From Clostridiales bacterium UBA7044 (GTDB lineage: Bacteria; Bacillota; Clostridia; Oscillospirales; Oscillospiraceae): a stretch of DNA of 64,000 bases. How positions within the stretch are numbered: position 1 is the first letter of the stretch; each line of letters begins with the position of its first letter. Position numbers and translations under genes: made by a program. This document shows, piece after piece, positions 1 to 9,774 of the stretch. Under the pieces are notes generated by a model, which made no database searches, had not been told where the DNA came from, and worked only from the letters and a program-made list of their open reading frames with translations. The stretch spans positions 11,621-75,620 of the forward strand of contig DLAP01000022.1 of NCBI GenBank assembly GCA_002493965.1. The letters run 5' to 3'.

Positions 1-314
1 CAATACCCCACGGTGGCCTGCTTCCCGTTGCGGACAATGGGCGTCTTCATCAGGGCAGAGTTGTCAAAAACCTTGTCCTCCTTGACCCGTTTGTCGTCCA
101 TATACTTCATCAGGGTGATCTCCGGGGCCTTGCTTTCCCAGTCGATGAGATTGTCAATGCCTCCCACCGCCCGGAGAACGCTGTCAAACTCCTTGCCGGA
201 CATTCCGTAGCGCAGCAGGTCAATGGACTGGTACTGAATCCGCCGCTCCTTAAAATACCGCTCCGCTTTCTTTGTGTCGAAGCACTTAGATTTACCGAAA
301 ATCTGAATGTTCAA
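1..314 (-). CDS. ArsC/Spx-family protein (3' end outside window)
   Basis: Manual translation from TTG at 314, overlapping the truA stop: MNIQIFGKSKCFDTKKAERYFKERRI...LMKTPIVRNGKQATVGY. Confidence 0.8.
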   Translation of the reverse strand, partial: MNIQIFGKSKCFDTKKAERYFKERRIQYQSIDLLRYGMSGKEFDSVLRAVGGIDNLIDWESKAPEITLMKYMDDKRVKEDKVFDNSALMKTPIVRNGKQATVGY

Positions 315-1045
315 TAGACTACCTCCTCCAGACAAAGCCCCTGGGCCGGGGCCAGGAAACCCGCCGACCCCCGTTTTCCGCCAAATAAATCGGGGATGGA
401 TTCCGCTTTCCGCTGTCCCCTGCCCACCTCGATAAGGGTCCCCGTCAGGATCCGCACCATGTTTTGCAGGAAGCCGTTTCCTGTGAACCGAAGAACCAAT
501 TCTTCCCCTTCCCGGTTGATGGTTATGGATCGAAGCAAACGAACCGTGGACTTTTTCATTTTCGCGTTGCCGCAGAAAGCAGAAAAGTCATGCTCCCCCA
601 CAAGCTGCCCTGCCGCCCGCTCCATAGCGCCCACGTCCAGAGCTTCCGGCAGCACCGTCACATATCGACGCTCAAAGACACAGGGTAGTTTGCTATTCCA
701 GATCCGATAGCAGTAGGTCTTCTCCCTGGCGTTGAGCCTTGCATGGAACCGCGAGGACACGTCCTTGCAGGAGTATATGCCAATGTCCTCCGGCAAATAC
801 CGCCGCAGATTCTCCAAAATCTCCCCGCAGGGCTGCTTGCTTTCGCAGTGGAAATTTGCCACCTGCCCCCTGGCGTGGACCCCCGCGTCGGTTCGTCCGC
901 TGCCGCTGACCTCGATTTGCTCCCCCAAAATCCGGGTGAGGCAGGTTTCCAGCTTTCCCTGGATGGTGTCCTCCCGTCCGGGAAGCCGCTGCCAGCCCCG
1001 GTATCGGGTACCGTCGTAGCAAAGATCAAGCCGCAGATTCCGCAT
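311..1045 (-). CDS. truA: tRNA pseudouridine(38-40) synthase
   Basis: YDGTRYRGWQ, GRTDAGVHA catalytic motif, FLQNMVR; start re-called to MRNLRL with GGGAGG RBS. Confidence 0.95.
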   Translation of the reverse strand: MRNLRLDLCYDGTRYRGWQRLPGREDTIQGKLETCLTRILGEQIEVSGSGRTDAGVHARGQVANFHCESKQPCGEILENLRRYLPEDIGIYSCKDVSSRFHARLNAREKTYCYRIWNSKLPCVFERRYVTVLPEALDVGAMERAAGQLVGEHDFSAFCGNAKMKKSTVRLLRSITINREGEELVLRFTGNGFLQNMVRILTGTLIEVGRGQRKAESIPDLFGGKRGSAGFLAPAQGLCLEEVVY

Positions 1046-1151
1046 AATCCTCCCATTCCTCTCTGGCCTCCCGCTCGGTGTCCGCCGAAAACAGGAACTT
1101 GCCGCAATTGTCATAAACCTGAATATGTCCTCCAACGTAACGCATCTGCAT
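1026..1151 (-). CDS. Small hypothetical protein, 41 aa
   Basis: AAAGGGG RBS, then MQMRYVGGHIQVYDNCGKFLFSADTEREAREEWEDYAESAA*; below the ORF-track cutoff. Confidence 0.6.
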   Translation of the reverse strand: MQMRYVGGHIQVYDNCGKFLFSADTEREAREEWEDYAESAA

Positions 1152-1330
1152 CTGTCATTCCCCTTTCTTTGGGCTGCCTGATCCCATCCGTCAGGCGTTT
1201 CCCTTGTTTTCTGATGACAGTATAACAGATGATTTGTCCGTTAAAACGGACTGATTAGTGTTTTTCTATGTTTTTTCAGGACATACCTGTATGATATCAC
1301 ATTTCCTTCCGGATTTCCACCGGAATAAGC

Positions 1331-1368
1331 AAAAAAGGCAGGCACAAAATGATGTACCTGTCTTTTTT
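1331..1368. terminator. Intrinsic terminator (bidirectional-looking) after hydrolase
   Basis: AAAAAAGGCAGGCAC...GTACCTGTCTTTTTT. Confidence 0.55.
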
Positions 1369-1386
1369 ACGTTTTGCCTCATTTTA

Positions 1387-2316
1387 TTATGCTTCCAGCC
1401 CGCACTTACTTGATACCCACTGGTATACGTCCTCGTAGACCTCCGCTTTATTGATCTCATTGAGGATTTCATGGCGGCCCAGGGGATAGATTCGCAGGGA
1501 CACATCCTGCATTCCGGCCTTTTTAAATGCCTCGGCACTCTTTTTGACGCCCTTCCCATAGCTGCCTACAGGATCGTCCCCACCGGCGATAAAGAAGACC
1601 GGCAGGTCCTTCCGCATAGCGGCCAAGCTCTTTGGCTGCTCAATGTATAAGATGCCCCTCATCATCTCCCGCAGCAGGCCAGCACTGGCGGTAAAGCCGC
1701 ACTTGGGGTTGGCAATATAGGCATCTACCTGGGCCTTATCCCGGGTGAGCCAGTCAAAGGGCGTACGGGGATGCTCCACCCGCTTATTGTAGGTGCCAAA
1801 GACCAGGTTTTGCAGCTTCTCGTTTGGCTCTGTTTCCCCGGACTTTTGGCACACGGCATCCACCATTTTGATGACGGCAGGCAGGAGGGCGGCAGGCTGC
1901 CAGCCGGTTCCGCAAATGACAGCGGCGGCAATGCCGCTATTCGGATATTTGCAGAGAATGGTTCTTGTCATGAAAGAGCCCATGGAGTGGCCGAACAGGA
2001 TGTAGGGGACATCCGGAAATTCTTTCCGGGTGCCCTCTAAAAGGTGGTAGCTGTCCGCCACAGCGGTAAACCAGCCGCCGTGGAAGTAGCCCTGAATGCC
2101 GTCCCCGTTCACGGACTGGCCGTGGCCCATGTGATCCTCCGCCACTACCAGGATGCCCCGGTCGTTTAGAAAGCGTGCAAAGTCATCGTAGCGCTCGATA
2201 TATTCCGCAATGCCGTGGATGATCTGCAAGACGGCCCGTACCTCCCCCTCCGGGGTCCAGCGGCAGCCATGGATTTTGCCTGCTCCCTGGGAATCATACC
2301 AGAAGTCGGTGCGCAT
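1387..2316 (-). CDS. Alpha/beta hydrolase (lysophospholipase-like)
   Basis: IIHGIAE, GHG, GHSMG nucleophile elbow, RHEILNE. Confidence 0.9.
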   Translation of the reverse strand: MRTDFWYDSQGAGKIHGCRWTPEGEVRAVLQIIHGIAEYIERYDDFARFLNDRGILVVAEDHMGHGQSVNGDGIQGYFHGGWFTAVADSYHLLEGTRKEFPDVPYILFGHSMGSFMTRTILCKYPNSGIAAAVICGTGWQPAALLPAVIKMVDAVCQKSGETEPNEKLQNLVFGTYNKRVEHPRTPFDWLTRDKAQVDAYIANPKCGFTASAGLLREMMRGILYIEQPKSLAAMRKDLPVFFIAGGDDPVGSYGKGVKKSAEAFKKAGMQDVSLRIYPLGRHEILNEINKAEVYEDVYQWVSSKCGLEA

Positions 2317-4836
2317 TTAGTCCACCACTTGGTAATCCGCATCGGTGATGGCCTTCTTCAGCGCCGCCACATCCGCGTTTCCGGTCACAGTAACGGTCTT
2401 AGCCGCCAGGTCCACCACGGCGTCCTCCGTGCCGGGCACGCTCTTGCAGGCTTTCTCCACCCGGGCCTTGCAGTGTCCACACATCATACCTTCTACTTTG
2501 ATAACGGTTTCCATAGTTTTTTCCTCCTGAATAGAATCGATTTTTTCTTCCTGATTGGTTTGATTTTCTTCTTTTTCCACCGCAGACGCGGAGATGGTTT
2601 TGCTCTTAAAGAACCGCAGCCGCAGGGCGTTGGTCACTACAAAAACGCTGCTCAGGCTCATGGCCGCCGCCCCCAGCATGGGACTGAGGCTCACGCCAAA
2701 GGGGATAAACAACACACCCGCCGCAATAGGGATTCCCAGGGTATTATAGAAGAACGCCCAGAACAGGTTTTCCCGGATATTGCGGATGGTGGCCTTGCTC
2801 AGCTCAATAGCCCCACTGACGGCAGCCAGAGAGCCGCTCATCAGCACCACATCCGCCGACTCCATGGCGATGTCCGTGCCCGCGCCGATGGCCATACCCA
2901 CGTCGGCTGTGACCAGAGCAGGGGCATCGTTGATGCCGTCGCCCACCATCAGCACCCGGTGTCCCTGGCTTTGCAATTTTTTCACCGCGCTGGCTTTGTC
3001 TGTAGGCAGCACGTCGGAGATCACATGGGTGATTCCCGCGGCGGACCCGATGGCTTTGGCAGTAGCTTCATTGTCGCCGGTGAGCATGACCACATCCAGA
3101 TGCAGGCTCTGCATGGCGGCAATGGCAGCGGCAGAGTCCGGCTTTAACACATCGGCGGCGGCAATGGTGCCCAGATACCGGCCGGTTTCATCCGCAAAAT
3201 GCAAAGGTGTCTTCCCCTGCTCCGCAAGGCTTCCCATATCGGGGATGGGCACGCCCCGTTCCTCCATCAACCGTCCGTTGCCACCGTAATAGCGCATCCC
3301 GTTTACGGTCCCGGCAACACCCCGGCCGGGGAGCGTCTCAAAGGCTTCCGTCTCCGGAAGCCGAATGCCCTCCGCCCTCTTGAGGATCGCCTTGGCAAAG
3401 GGATGCTCGGATTTGTTTTCCAGGGCGGCGGCGACCCGAAGAAGTTCCTGCTCGCTTGCCTGCCCCGGCAGGATATCCGTGACCTCCGGCTTTCCGGTGG
3501 TCAGGGTTCCGGTCTTATCCAGCACCACCGTGTCCACATGGTGCAGGTTTTCCAAGGCCTCCGCGTTCTTGAACAGCACACCCATCTGGGCGCCCCGGCC
3601 GGTGCCCACCATAATTGCCACAGGCGTTGCCAGACCCAGCGCACAGGGGCAGGAGATGACCAGCACGGAAATGGCACACCGCAGGGAAAATTCCAATCCC
3701 TGCCCCGCCAGCATCCACACGACAAAGGTAACAGCGGCAATGGCCATAACCACGGGCACGAACACCCCAGCAATCTTGTCAGCCAGCCTGGCAATGGGTG
3801 CCTTGGATCCGCCGGCTTCCTCCACCATGCGGATCACCTGGGCCAGGGTGGTGTCCTCCCCAACCTTGTCCGCCCGGAACTCCAGATACCCTTCCGTATT
3901 GATGGTAGCGGCAGCCACCGTATCTCCCGGCATTTTCTCCACGGGCACGCTTTCTCCCGTGAGGGCGCTCTGGTCTACGGAGCCCCGGCCCTTCAGGACC
4001 GTACCGTCCACGGGGATACTCCCACCGGAACGGACAATGACCGTGTCCCCCACCACGACCTGCTCCACAGGGATTTCCAGGGTCTCTCCATTCCTATTGA
4101 CGGTTGCGGTCTTGGGGCTTAAGTCCATGAGGGCCCGGATGGCGTCGCCAGTGCGGCCCTTGGCCCGGGTTTCCAGATATTTTCCCAGGGTAATCAGGGT
4201 CAGAATCATGGCGGCGGATTCAAAATACAGATTCTCACTGTAAAGCTGCACCACATCCCAGTCCCCGTGGCCCATGGCCCAGGCCATCCGGAACAGGGCC
4301 GCCACACCGTAGATCAGGGCCGCCAGGGAGCCCACGGCAATGAGGGAGTCCATGTTGGGCCCTCTGTGCCACAAGGCTTTCAGTCCCCGGCTATAGTATA
4401 CCCGGTTTAAGTATACCGGCGGCAGGGTCAGGAAAAATTGCAGCAACGCCGCCACCATGGCGTTTTCCTGCCCGTGATACCAGTGGGGAACCGGCAGGCC
4501 GATCATATGCCCCATGGTAAAGTACATCAGAACCACCAGGCAGATGGCAGAGCCAATGATCCGGGTTCTTACGGATTTCAGCTCTTTCTCCTGGGTTTCT
4601 TCCTTCTTTTCTTCCCGCTTCGGCTCTTTTCCCGGAAGGGCGGCATGGTAGCCCGCATTCTCCACGGCCTCCATGATTTTCTCCGTTACCGCTTCGGAAT
4701 CGGCCTCCACCTGCATAGTGCCCGCCAGGAGGTTGACGTCCGCTTTGTTAACGCCCTCCACGGCCCGCGTCACCTTTTCCACCCGGGCGGAGCAGGCCGC
4801 GCAGGTCATACCGGTGACATCGAATTTCAGTTCCAT
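2317..4836 (-). CDS. copA: Cu(I)-translocating P1B-type ATPase
   Basis: N- and C-terminal GMxCxxC HMA domains, TGES, CPC, DKTGT, GDGIND, YN and MxxSS motifs. Confidence 0.95.
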   Translation of the reverse strand: MELKFDVTGMTCAACSARVEKVTRAVEGVNKADVNLLAGTMQVEADSEAVTEKIMEAVENAGYHAALPGKEPKREEKKEETQEKELKSVRTRIIGSAICLVVLMYFTMGHMIGLPVPHWYHGQENAMVAALLQFFLTLPPVYLNRVYYSRGLKALWHRGPNMDSLIAVGSLAALIYGVAALFRMAWAMGHGDWDVVQLYSENLYFESAAMILTLITLGKYLETRAKGRTGDAIRALMDLSPKTATVNRNGETLEIPVEQVVVGDTVIVRSGGSIPVDGTVLKGRGSVDQSALTGESVPVEKMPGDTVAAATINTEGYLEFRADKVGEDTTLAQVIRMVEEAGGSKAPIARLADKIAGVFVPVVMAIAAVTFVVWMLAGQGLEFSLRCAISVLVISCPCALGLATPVAIMVGTGRGAQMGVLFKNAEALENLHHVDTVVLDKTGTLTTGKPEVTDILPGQASEQELLRVAAALENKSEHPFAKAILKRAEGIRLPETEAFETLPGRGVAGTVNGMRYYGGNGRLMEERGVPIPDMGSLAEQGKTPLHFADETGRYLGTIAAADVLKPDSAAAIAAMQSLHLDVVMLTGDNEATAKAIGSAAGITHVISDVLPTDKASAVKKLQSQGHRVLMVGDGINDAPALVTADVGMAIGAGTDIAMESADVVLMSGSLAAVSGAIELSKATIRNIRENLFWAFFYNTLGIPIAAGVLFIPFGVSLSPMLGAAAMSLSSVFVVTNALRLRFFKSKTISASAVEKEENQTNQEEKIDSIQEEKTMETVIKVEGMMCGHCKARVEKACKSVPGTEDAVVDLAAKTVTVTGNADVAALKKAITDADYQVVD

Positions 4837-4922
4837 AGGATTCCCCCTCTATAGGATCATTATGGCAGATTCCTCCAAAAAAATCAAGTCTGGCAGTTCA
4901 TGGAACCAGTTCTAAATTCTCA

Positions 4923-4959
4923 TTGACAGGAATCGTTTCTTATGGTAGTATTCTACCAT
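4923..4959 (+). promoter_or_regulatory. SigA promoter of the HxlR gene with overlapping palindrome
   Basis: TTGACA-N17-TAGTAT; perfect inverted repeat ATGGTAG-TATT-CTACCAT at 4942-4959. Confidence 0.5.
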
Positions 4960-5043
4960 GCAATTCAAAAAATACAAGTACGCACTTATTTGTATGATAC
5001 TACCTAAAAAGATACTAATGGTGGTTAAGGAATGGAGGCTTTT

Positions 5044-5412
5044 ATGGAAACCCCGGTAAATTGCCCTGTGGAAGCAACGCTGGATCTCATCGGCGGGAAA
5101 TACAAGGCCCTGATTCTCTGGCATTTGTCCGATGGAAAGCTGAGGTTTTCCGAACTGCGGGATCGAATCCGCAAGGCCACGCCCAAAATGCTGACCCAGC
5201 AGCTTCGGGAATTGGAGAAACAGGATTTGGTCCACCGGGAGGTCTATGCCGTGATTCCGCCCAAAGTGGAGTATTCCCTCACCGAAACCGGTAAAAGCCT
5301 GATGCCCATTCTGGTTGCCATGCGGGACTGGGGTGCGAACTACCTCAGAAGCAAGAATCAGGAGCCTCATTGTTTTATGATGGGTACAGATCCCATCGCC
5401 CAATCCAATTAA
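5044..5412 (+). CDS. HxlR-family winged-helix transcriptional regulator
   Basis: [38 protein letters not shown]. Confidence 0.92.
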   Translation: METPVNCPVEATLDLIGGKYKALILWHLSDGKLRFSELRDRIRKATPKMLTQQLRELEKQDLVHREVYAVIPPKVEYSLTETGKSLMPILVAMRDWGANYLRSKNQEPHCFMMGTDPIAQSN

Positions 5413-5441
5413 CATAGCGCAAATGCGAATCAGGAGGAAAC

Positions 5442-6284
5442 ATGAATATTAAAATCATTTCCGACAGCACCTGCGACCTGTCCCCGGAACTTGTCCGCCA
5501 GCACGACATCACCATCACCCCTCTCATCGTCATGAAAAACGGAGAGGAATTTTATGACGGCGACACCATCACTCCCAGCGATATTTTTGCCCATGTAGCT
5601 TCCGGAGGCTGTTTGTGCTCCACCGCTGCCCGCAGTGTGGGCTTCTTCGCGGATGTCTTCAGGACCTATGCGGCGCAATATGACGGTGTGCTGCATATCA
5701 CCATCAGCTCTGACTTTTCCTCCAGCTTCCAGAATGCCAGCCTTGCCGCCTCAGAATTTGACAACGTCCGGGTGGTGGACTCCCGGAATCTGTCCACCGG
5801 TCAGGGTCTGGTTGTGCTGAAAGCCTGTGAACTGGCAAAAACCGTGTCCTCTATGGACCAGCTGAAGGAAGCGCTGGATGCCTTTACCTCCCGGGTGGAG
5901 GCCAGCTTCGTGGTGGACAAGCTGGACTATCTGGTGAGGGGCGGCCGCTGCTCCTCCGCCGCCGCTCTGGGGGCAAACCTGCTGAATCTGAAGCCCTGCA
6001 TTGAGGTCAGGGACGGAAAAATGATCGTAGGCAAAAAATACCGGGGCAACTTCGCCAAATGTCTTTCTAATTATGTGAAGGACCGTCTGGAGGGTCGGGA
6101 GGATATCGACCCCGGCACCCTGTTCATCACCTACACCCAGGTTTCCCAGGAGGCCCATGACGCCGTCCTGGAGGCCGTCCACACCCACGGTCATTTTACC
6201 GCTGTTTATGAGACCATCGCCGGCTGCACCGTCTCCTGTCACTGCGGCCCCGGAACCTTAGGCATTCTGTTTGTGAGAAAGTAA
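5442..6284 (+). CDS. DegV family fatty-acid-binding protein
   Basis: IISDSTCDL, VVDSRNLS, LVRGGR, HCGPG. Confidence 0.92.
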   Translation: MNIKIISDSTCDLSPELVRQHDITITPLIVMKNGEEFYDGDTITPSDIFAHVASGGCLCSTAARSVGFFADVFRTYAAQYDGVLHITISSDFSSSFQNASLAASEFDNVRVVDSRNLSTGQGLVVLKACELAKTVSSMDQLKEALDAFTSRVEASFVVDKLDYLVRGGRCSSAAALGANLLNLKPCIEVRDGKMIVGKKYRGNFAKCLSNYVKDRLEGREDIDPGTLFITYTQVSQEAHDAVLEAVHTHGHFTAVYETIAGCTVSCHCGPGTLGILFVRK

Positions 6285-6291
6285 TTTCAAA

Positions 6292-7536
6292 ATGGACAAT
6301 GAAACCTTATTGGATTTGGCCGCGGACCTGGGCTATGAGCTGGCTATCTGCGGCGCGGAAACCTTTCGGGTGGAGGAAACCGTCAGCCGGATTCTATCCG
6401 CCTATGGCATGACAGCGGAAGTGTTTGCCATTCCCAATCTGCTGATTGTCAGCCTTACCCAGGAAGACGGCCACAATCTTACCCGGGTCCGCCGCATCGG
6501 CAGCCACGATAACGACCTGGACGCCGTGGAAAAACTCAACGGACTCAGCCGGGCGATCTGCACACGGAAGCCCCCCCTGTCTGAGGCCCAGGAAATGCTT
6601 TCTCAGGTTCGGGATAAGCGGCTTAGCTATTCTGTTCCCGCCCAGTATTTGGGAGCGTTTCTGGGCGGCGCAGGTTTCGGCCTTTTCTTCGGCTGCTGCT
6701 TTACGGACTGCCTCTGCGCCGGTGCCTGCGGCATGGTCATCCACCTGGTTCAGAGATTTCTGACCCAGCGAAAGGTAAACGCCTTCTTCCAGACCATCGC
6801 CGCCGCGTTTCTGATGGCTGTCCTTGCCTACGCTATGGGCGCGCTGGGGCTGGCTCAAAATTCCGACGCCGTCACCATTGGCGCGCTGATGCTTCTGGTG
6901 CCGGGGCTGCTGTTTACCAACGCCATGCGGGATATCATTTACGGGGACACCAATTCCGGCATCAACCGGATTGTTCAGGTGTTTCTCATCGGTGTGGCCC
7001 TGGCTCTGGGAACCGCCACCGCCTGGAAGCTGGCAACCGTCCTCTGGGGCGCTCCCAGGAGCATCGCTTCCATCGACTATTCCATTTTTTCACAGTGTGT
7101 TTTCGCTTTTATCAGCTGCTGCGGGTTTGCGGTGCTGTTCAACATCCACGGTCCCGGGGGGCTGCTGTGCGCTCTGGGCGGCGCTCTTTCCTGGGCGGTA
7201 TATCTGATCGTGCTGAAAATGGGCTACAGCGATCTGATTGCCTATTTCTGGTCTGGACTTTTTTCCTCTGTTTATTCGGAGATCATGGCAAGAGTTCGGA
7301 AATACCCGGCAATTTCCTATCTGGTGGTTTCGATTTTCCCCATGATCCCGGGGGCCGGAGTCTATAGGACTATGAGCTACGCCATCCAACGGGATATGGA
7401 TGCCTTCGTCCAAACCGGACTGCACACTGCGGCCATCGCCGGGATCCTGGCCGTGGGTATCTTACTTGGCTCCACTGTGTTCCGGATGTATTCGGATTGG
7501 CACCTGAAGAAGGCCATTACAACAAAAAAAGGGTAG
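6292..7536 (+). CDS. Threonine/serine exporter (ThrE family, fused two-domain)
   Basis: GAETFRVEET, LLVPG, PMIPG, multiple TM segments. Confidence 0.88.
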   Translation: MDNETLLDLAADLGYELAICGAETFRVEETVSRILSAYGMTAEVFAIPNLLIVSLTQEDGHNLTRVRRIGSHDNDLDAVEKLNGLSRAICTRKPPLSEAQEMLSQVRDKRLSYSVPAQYLGAFLGGAGFGLFFGCCFTDCLCAGACGMVIHLVQRFLTQRKVNAFFQTIAAAFLMAVLAYAMGALGLAQNSDAVTIGALMLLVPGLLFTNAMRDIIYGDTNSGINRIVQVFLIGVALALGTATAWKLATVLWGAPRSIASIDYSIFSQCVFAFISCCGFAVLFNIHGPGGLLCALGGALSWAVYLIVLKMGYSDLIAYFWSGLFSSVYSEIMARVRKYPAISYLVVSIFPMIPGAGVYRTMSYAIQRDMDAFVQTGLHTAAIAGILAVGILLGSTVFRMYSDWHLKKAITTKKG

Positions 7537-7560
7537 GAACGAGCATCCTACCCTTTTTCT
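7523..7560. terminator. Bidirectional terminator between convergent genes
   Basis: AAAAAAAGGGTAGGA-ACGAGCA-TCCTACCCTTTTT. Confidence 0.75.
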
Positions 7561-8273
7561 TATAGTTTGCTGAAAATATTCCCCAGGCTTTCGTGGAATA
7601 CCAGGTCCGCCTGACTGTCGTAGGGCGTCTCGTCCCGGTTGATCAGCACCAGCCGGTTTCCCTGATAGTAGTGAATAAGCCCCGCCGCCGGATAAACCGT
7701 CAGGCTGGTTCCCGCCACGATCAGCAGATCCGCGCCCCGGATAGCCATGACGCTTTTCTCGATGGTCTCCTGGTCCAGGCTTTCCTCGTACAGCACCACA
7801 TCCGGCTTCACCGTGCCGCCGCAGGTGCATTTCGGCACGCCCTGTGCGTCCCGGACGTACTCTGCCGGGTAGAATTTCCGGCACCTAACGCAGTAGTTGC
7901 GAAGCACGGAGCCGTGCAGCTCATAGACCCGCTTACTGCCCGCCTTTTGATGCAGGCCGTCAATATTCTGGGTCACTACAGCGCTGAGCTTCCCCTCCGC
8001 CTCCCACCGGGCCAGCACCTTATGGGTGATATTGGGTTCAAACCCCAGGGGCAGCATTTTCTCCCGGTAGAATCGGAAGAAATATTCCGGGCGCCGCTCA
8101 TAGAAGGTGTGGCTGATGATGGTCTCCGGAGGATAGGCAAAGTGCTGGCTGTACAGGCCATCCACGCTCCGAAAATCCGGAATGCCGGATTCCGTACTTA
8201 CTCCCGCGCCGCCGAAGAATACGATTCGGCTGCTTTCCGCTACCCAGGTTTTTAAGGTTTCCAGTTTTTCCAT
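7560..8273 (-). CDS. cobB: NAD-dependent protein deacylase (Sir2 family)
   Basis: GAGVSTESGIPDFR, TQNIDGLH, ELHGS, GTSLTVYPAA. Confidence 0.93.
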   Translation of the reverse strand: MEKLETLKTWVAESSRIVFFGGAGVSTESGIPDFRSVDGLYSQHFAYPPETIISHTFYERRPEYFFRFYREKMLPLGFEPNITHKVLARWEAEGKLSAVVTQNIDGLHQKAGSKRVYELHGSVLRNYCVRCRKFYPAEYVRDAQGVPKCTCGGTVKPDVVLYEESLDQETIEKSVMAIRGADLLIVAGTSLTVYPAAGLIHYYQGNRLVLINRDETPYDSQADLVFHESLGNIFSKL

Positions 8274-8282
8274 AGTGCCTCC

Positions 8283-9032
8283 CTATTCTTCCGCCTGGTC
8301 CTCCGATTCCATTTCCTTCAATAGCTTTTTGTCCTGCTTGGAGGATAAATCCAGCTTTTCGTACATATCCGGCCGTCTTAACCTGGTGCGCCGGAGGGAT
8401 TGTTTCCTGCGCCAGAGACGGACCTTTTCATGGTTGCCGCAGGTGAGGATCTCCGGAATCTCCCTGCCATGCCAGACGGCCGGCCGGGTATACTGGGGAT
8501 ATTCCAGAAGGCCATTAAAATGGCTCTCGTCCTCAAAGCATTCCGGGTCTGCCAGCACCCCGGGAACCATACGGCACACAGCATCCGTCACCGCCATAGC
8601 GGCGATTTCCCCGCCGGTGAGAACAAAGTCTCCCAGAGAAATTTCCTCGTCCACGCACTCGTCTATGAACCGCTGGTCAATACCCTCATAGTGGCCGCAG
8701 ACCAGAATCAGGTTTTCCATTTTGCTTAACCGAATGGCATCCGCCTGCCGGAAGGTATGGCCGCAGGGGGACAGGTAAATGGTATGCACCGGCCCTCCAG
8801 CCTCATCGCAGGCAGCCTCCCAGCAGCGATAAATGGGATCAGCAGCCATCACCGCCCCCCGGCCCCCGCCGTAGGGATAGTCGTCCACCTGATTTTGCTT
8901 GTTTGCCGTATAGTCCCGGATCTGGTGGGTATCAATGGTGATATACCCCCGCTCCTGGGCACGGCCCAGAATGCTTTCGCTGAGCACGTCCCCCAGGGTT
9001 TCCGGGAACAGGGTCAAAATATCAATTCTCAT
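8283..9032 (-). CDS. trmD: tRNA (guanine37-N1)-methyltransferase
   Basis: VDDYPYGGG, CGHYEGID, SLGDFVLTGGE, EYPQYTRP. Confidence 0.97.
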   Translation of the reverse strand: MRIDILTLFPETLGDVLSESILGRAQERGYITIDTHQIRDYTANKQNQVDDYPYGGGRGAVMAADPIYRCWEAACDEAGGPVHTIYLSPCGHTFRQADAIRLSKMENLILVCGHYEGIDQRFIDECVDEEISLGDFVLTGGEIAAMAVTDAVCRMVPGVLADPECFEDESHFNGLLEYPQYTRPAVWHGREIPEILTCGNHEKVRLWRRKQSLRRTRLRRPDMYEKLDLSSKQDKKLLKEMESEDQAEE

Positions 9033-9513
9033 CGCTGCGCATTCCTTCCAGAAGCTTTACTGTCATCTCGTTCTTCTCCAGGTCCGTGGAAAGGATAAAT
9101 TCCTTCACAGCGGGAATCAGATATTCATGCTCTCCCTGGACCACATACACCTTGTTGCCAGGATAGTCCAGGACCTCCGTGATCTTTCCCAGGAGGGCAC
9201 CGCCCGCATATACCTCCATGCCAGTTAGCTCGGCGGCGAAAATGACTTCCTCGTCAATGTCCTCCCGATACAGCTCCAGGGTCTTTCCCCGAAATGTCTG
9301 CGCCTGCTCCATGGTATCTATTCCTGCCAGCTTAACCAGGTTGCAGCTTTTCTGCACACGAACGGATTCCATGGCGTATTCCTTTCCGGCAATGCGGCAG
9401 CGTTCAAAGCCCAAAAGGTCCTCCGGGCTGTCCAGCCAGGTCAGCAGCTTTACTTCTCCACGGACCCCATGGGTAGTGACGATTTCACCCGCTTCAATAA
9501 ATGGCAGCTTCAT
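9022..9513 (-). CDS. rimM: Ribosome maturation factor RimM
   Basis: GEIVTTHGVRGEVK, LIPAV; start re-called at MKLPF with GGAGG RBS; synteny with trmD and rpsP. Confidence 0.93.
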   Translation of the reverse strand: MKLPFIEAGEIVTTHGVRGEVKLLTWLDSPEDLLGFERCRIAGKEYAMESVRVQKSCNLVKLAGIDTMEQAQTFRGKTLELYREDIDEEVIFAAELTGMEVYAGGALLGKITEVLDYPGNKVYVVQGEHEYLIPAVKEFILSTDLEKNEMTVKLLEGMRSDEN

Positions 9514-9585
9514 GTTATTTCCTCCAAATGATTTTTCTATCGAAATTTCCTGTTCTGGAGGCAGCCTGTCAAAAAACACAAACGC

Positions 9586-9676
9586 TGTCATCCCGAGCAA
9601 AGTCCAGGGATCTGCCCACTCAGCCGCTTTCCAGCCGGTAAGATTCCTCCACTCGCTTCGCTCGGTCGGAATGACA
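9586..9676. repeat. REP-like palindromic intergenic element
   Basis: TGTCATCCCGAGC..AGGGATCT / AGATTCCT..GGTCGGAATGACA nested inverted repeats. Confidence 0.65.
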
Positions 9677-9741
9677 TACCTTGGACAGTAAGTCTCCCGT
9701 TCCGGGAAGTATTTTTCAATCCAAAACAGTTCAAAACAAAC

Positions 9742-9769
9742 GAAAAATGCGTGACTTTTGTCACGCATC
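9742..9769 (-). terminator. Intrinsic terminator after khpA
   Basis: ATGCGTGAC-TTTT-GTCACGCAT with A-run on the + strand. Confidence 0.7.
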
Positions 9770-9774
9770 ATCGT

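Noticed and set aside
1046..1135. N-terminal extensions given by the ORF track for truA (also rimM 9514-9771, ttcA 26577-27002, rplM 26743-26802, ECF 25625-25717)
   Set aside because: Downstream ATGs have proper RBSs and match family N-termini; the extensions cross promoters, repeats or other genes
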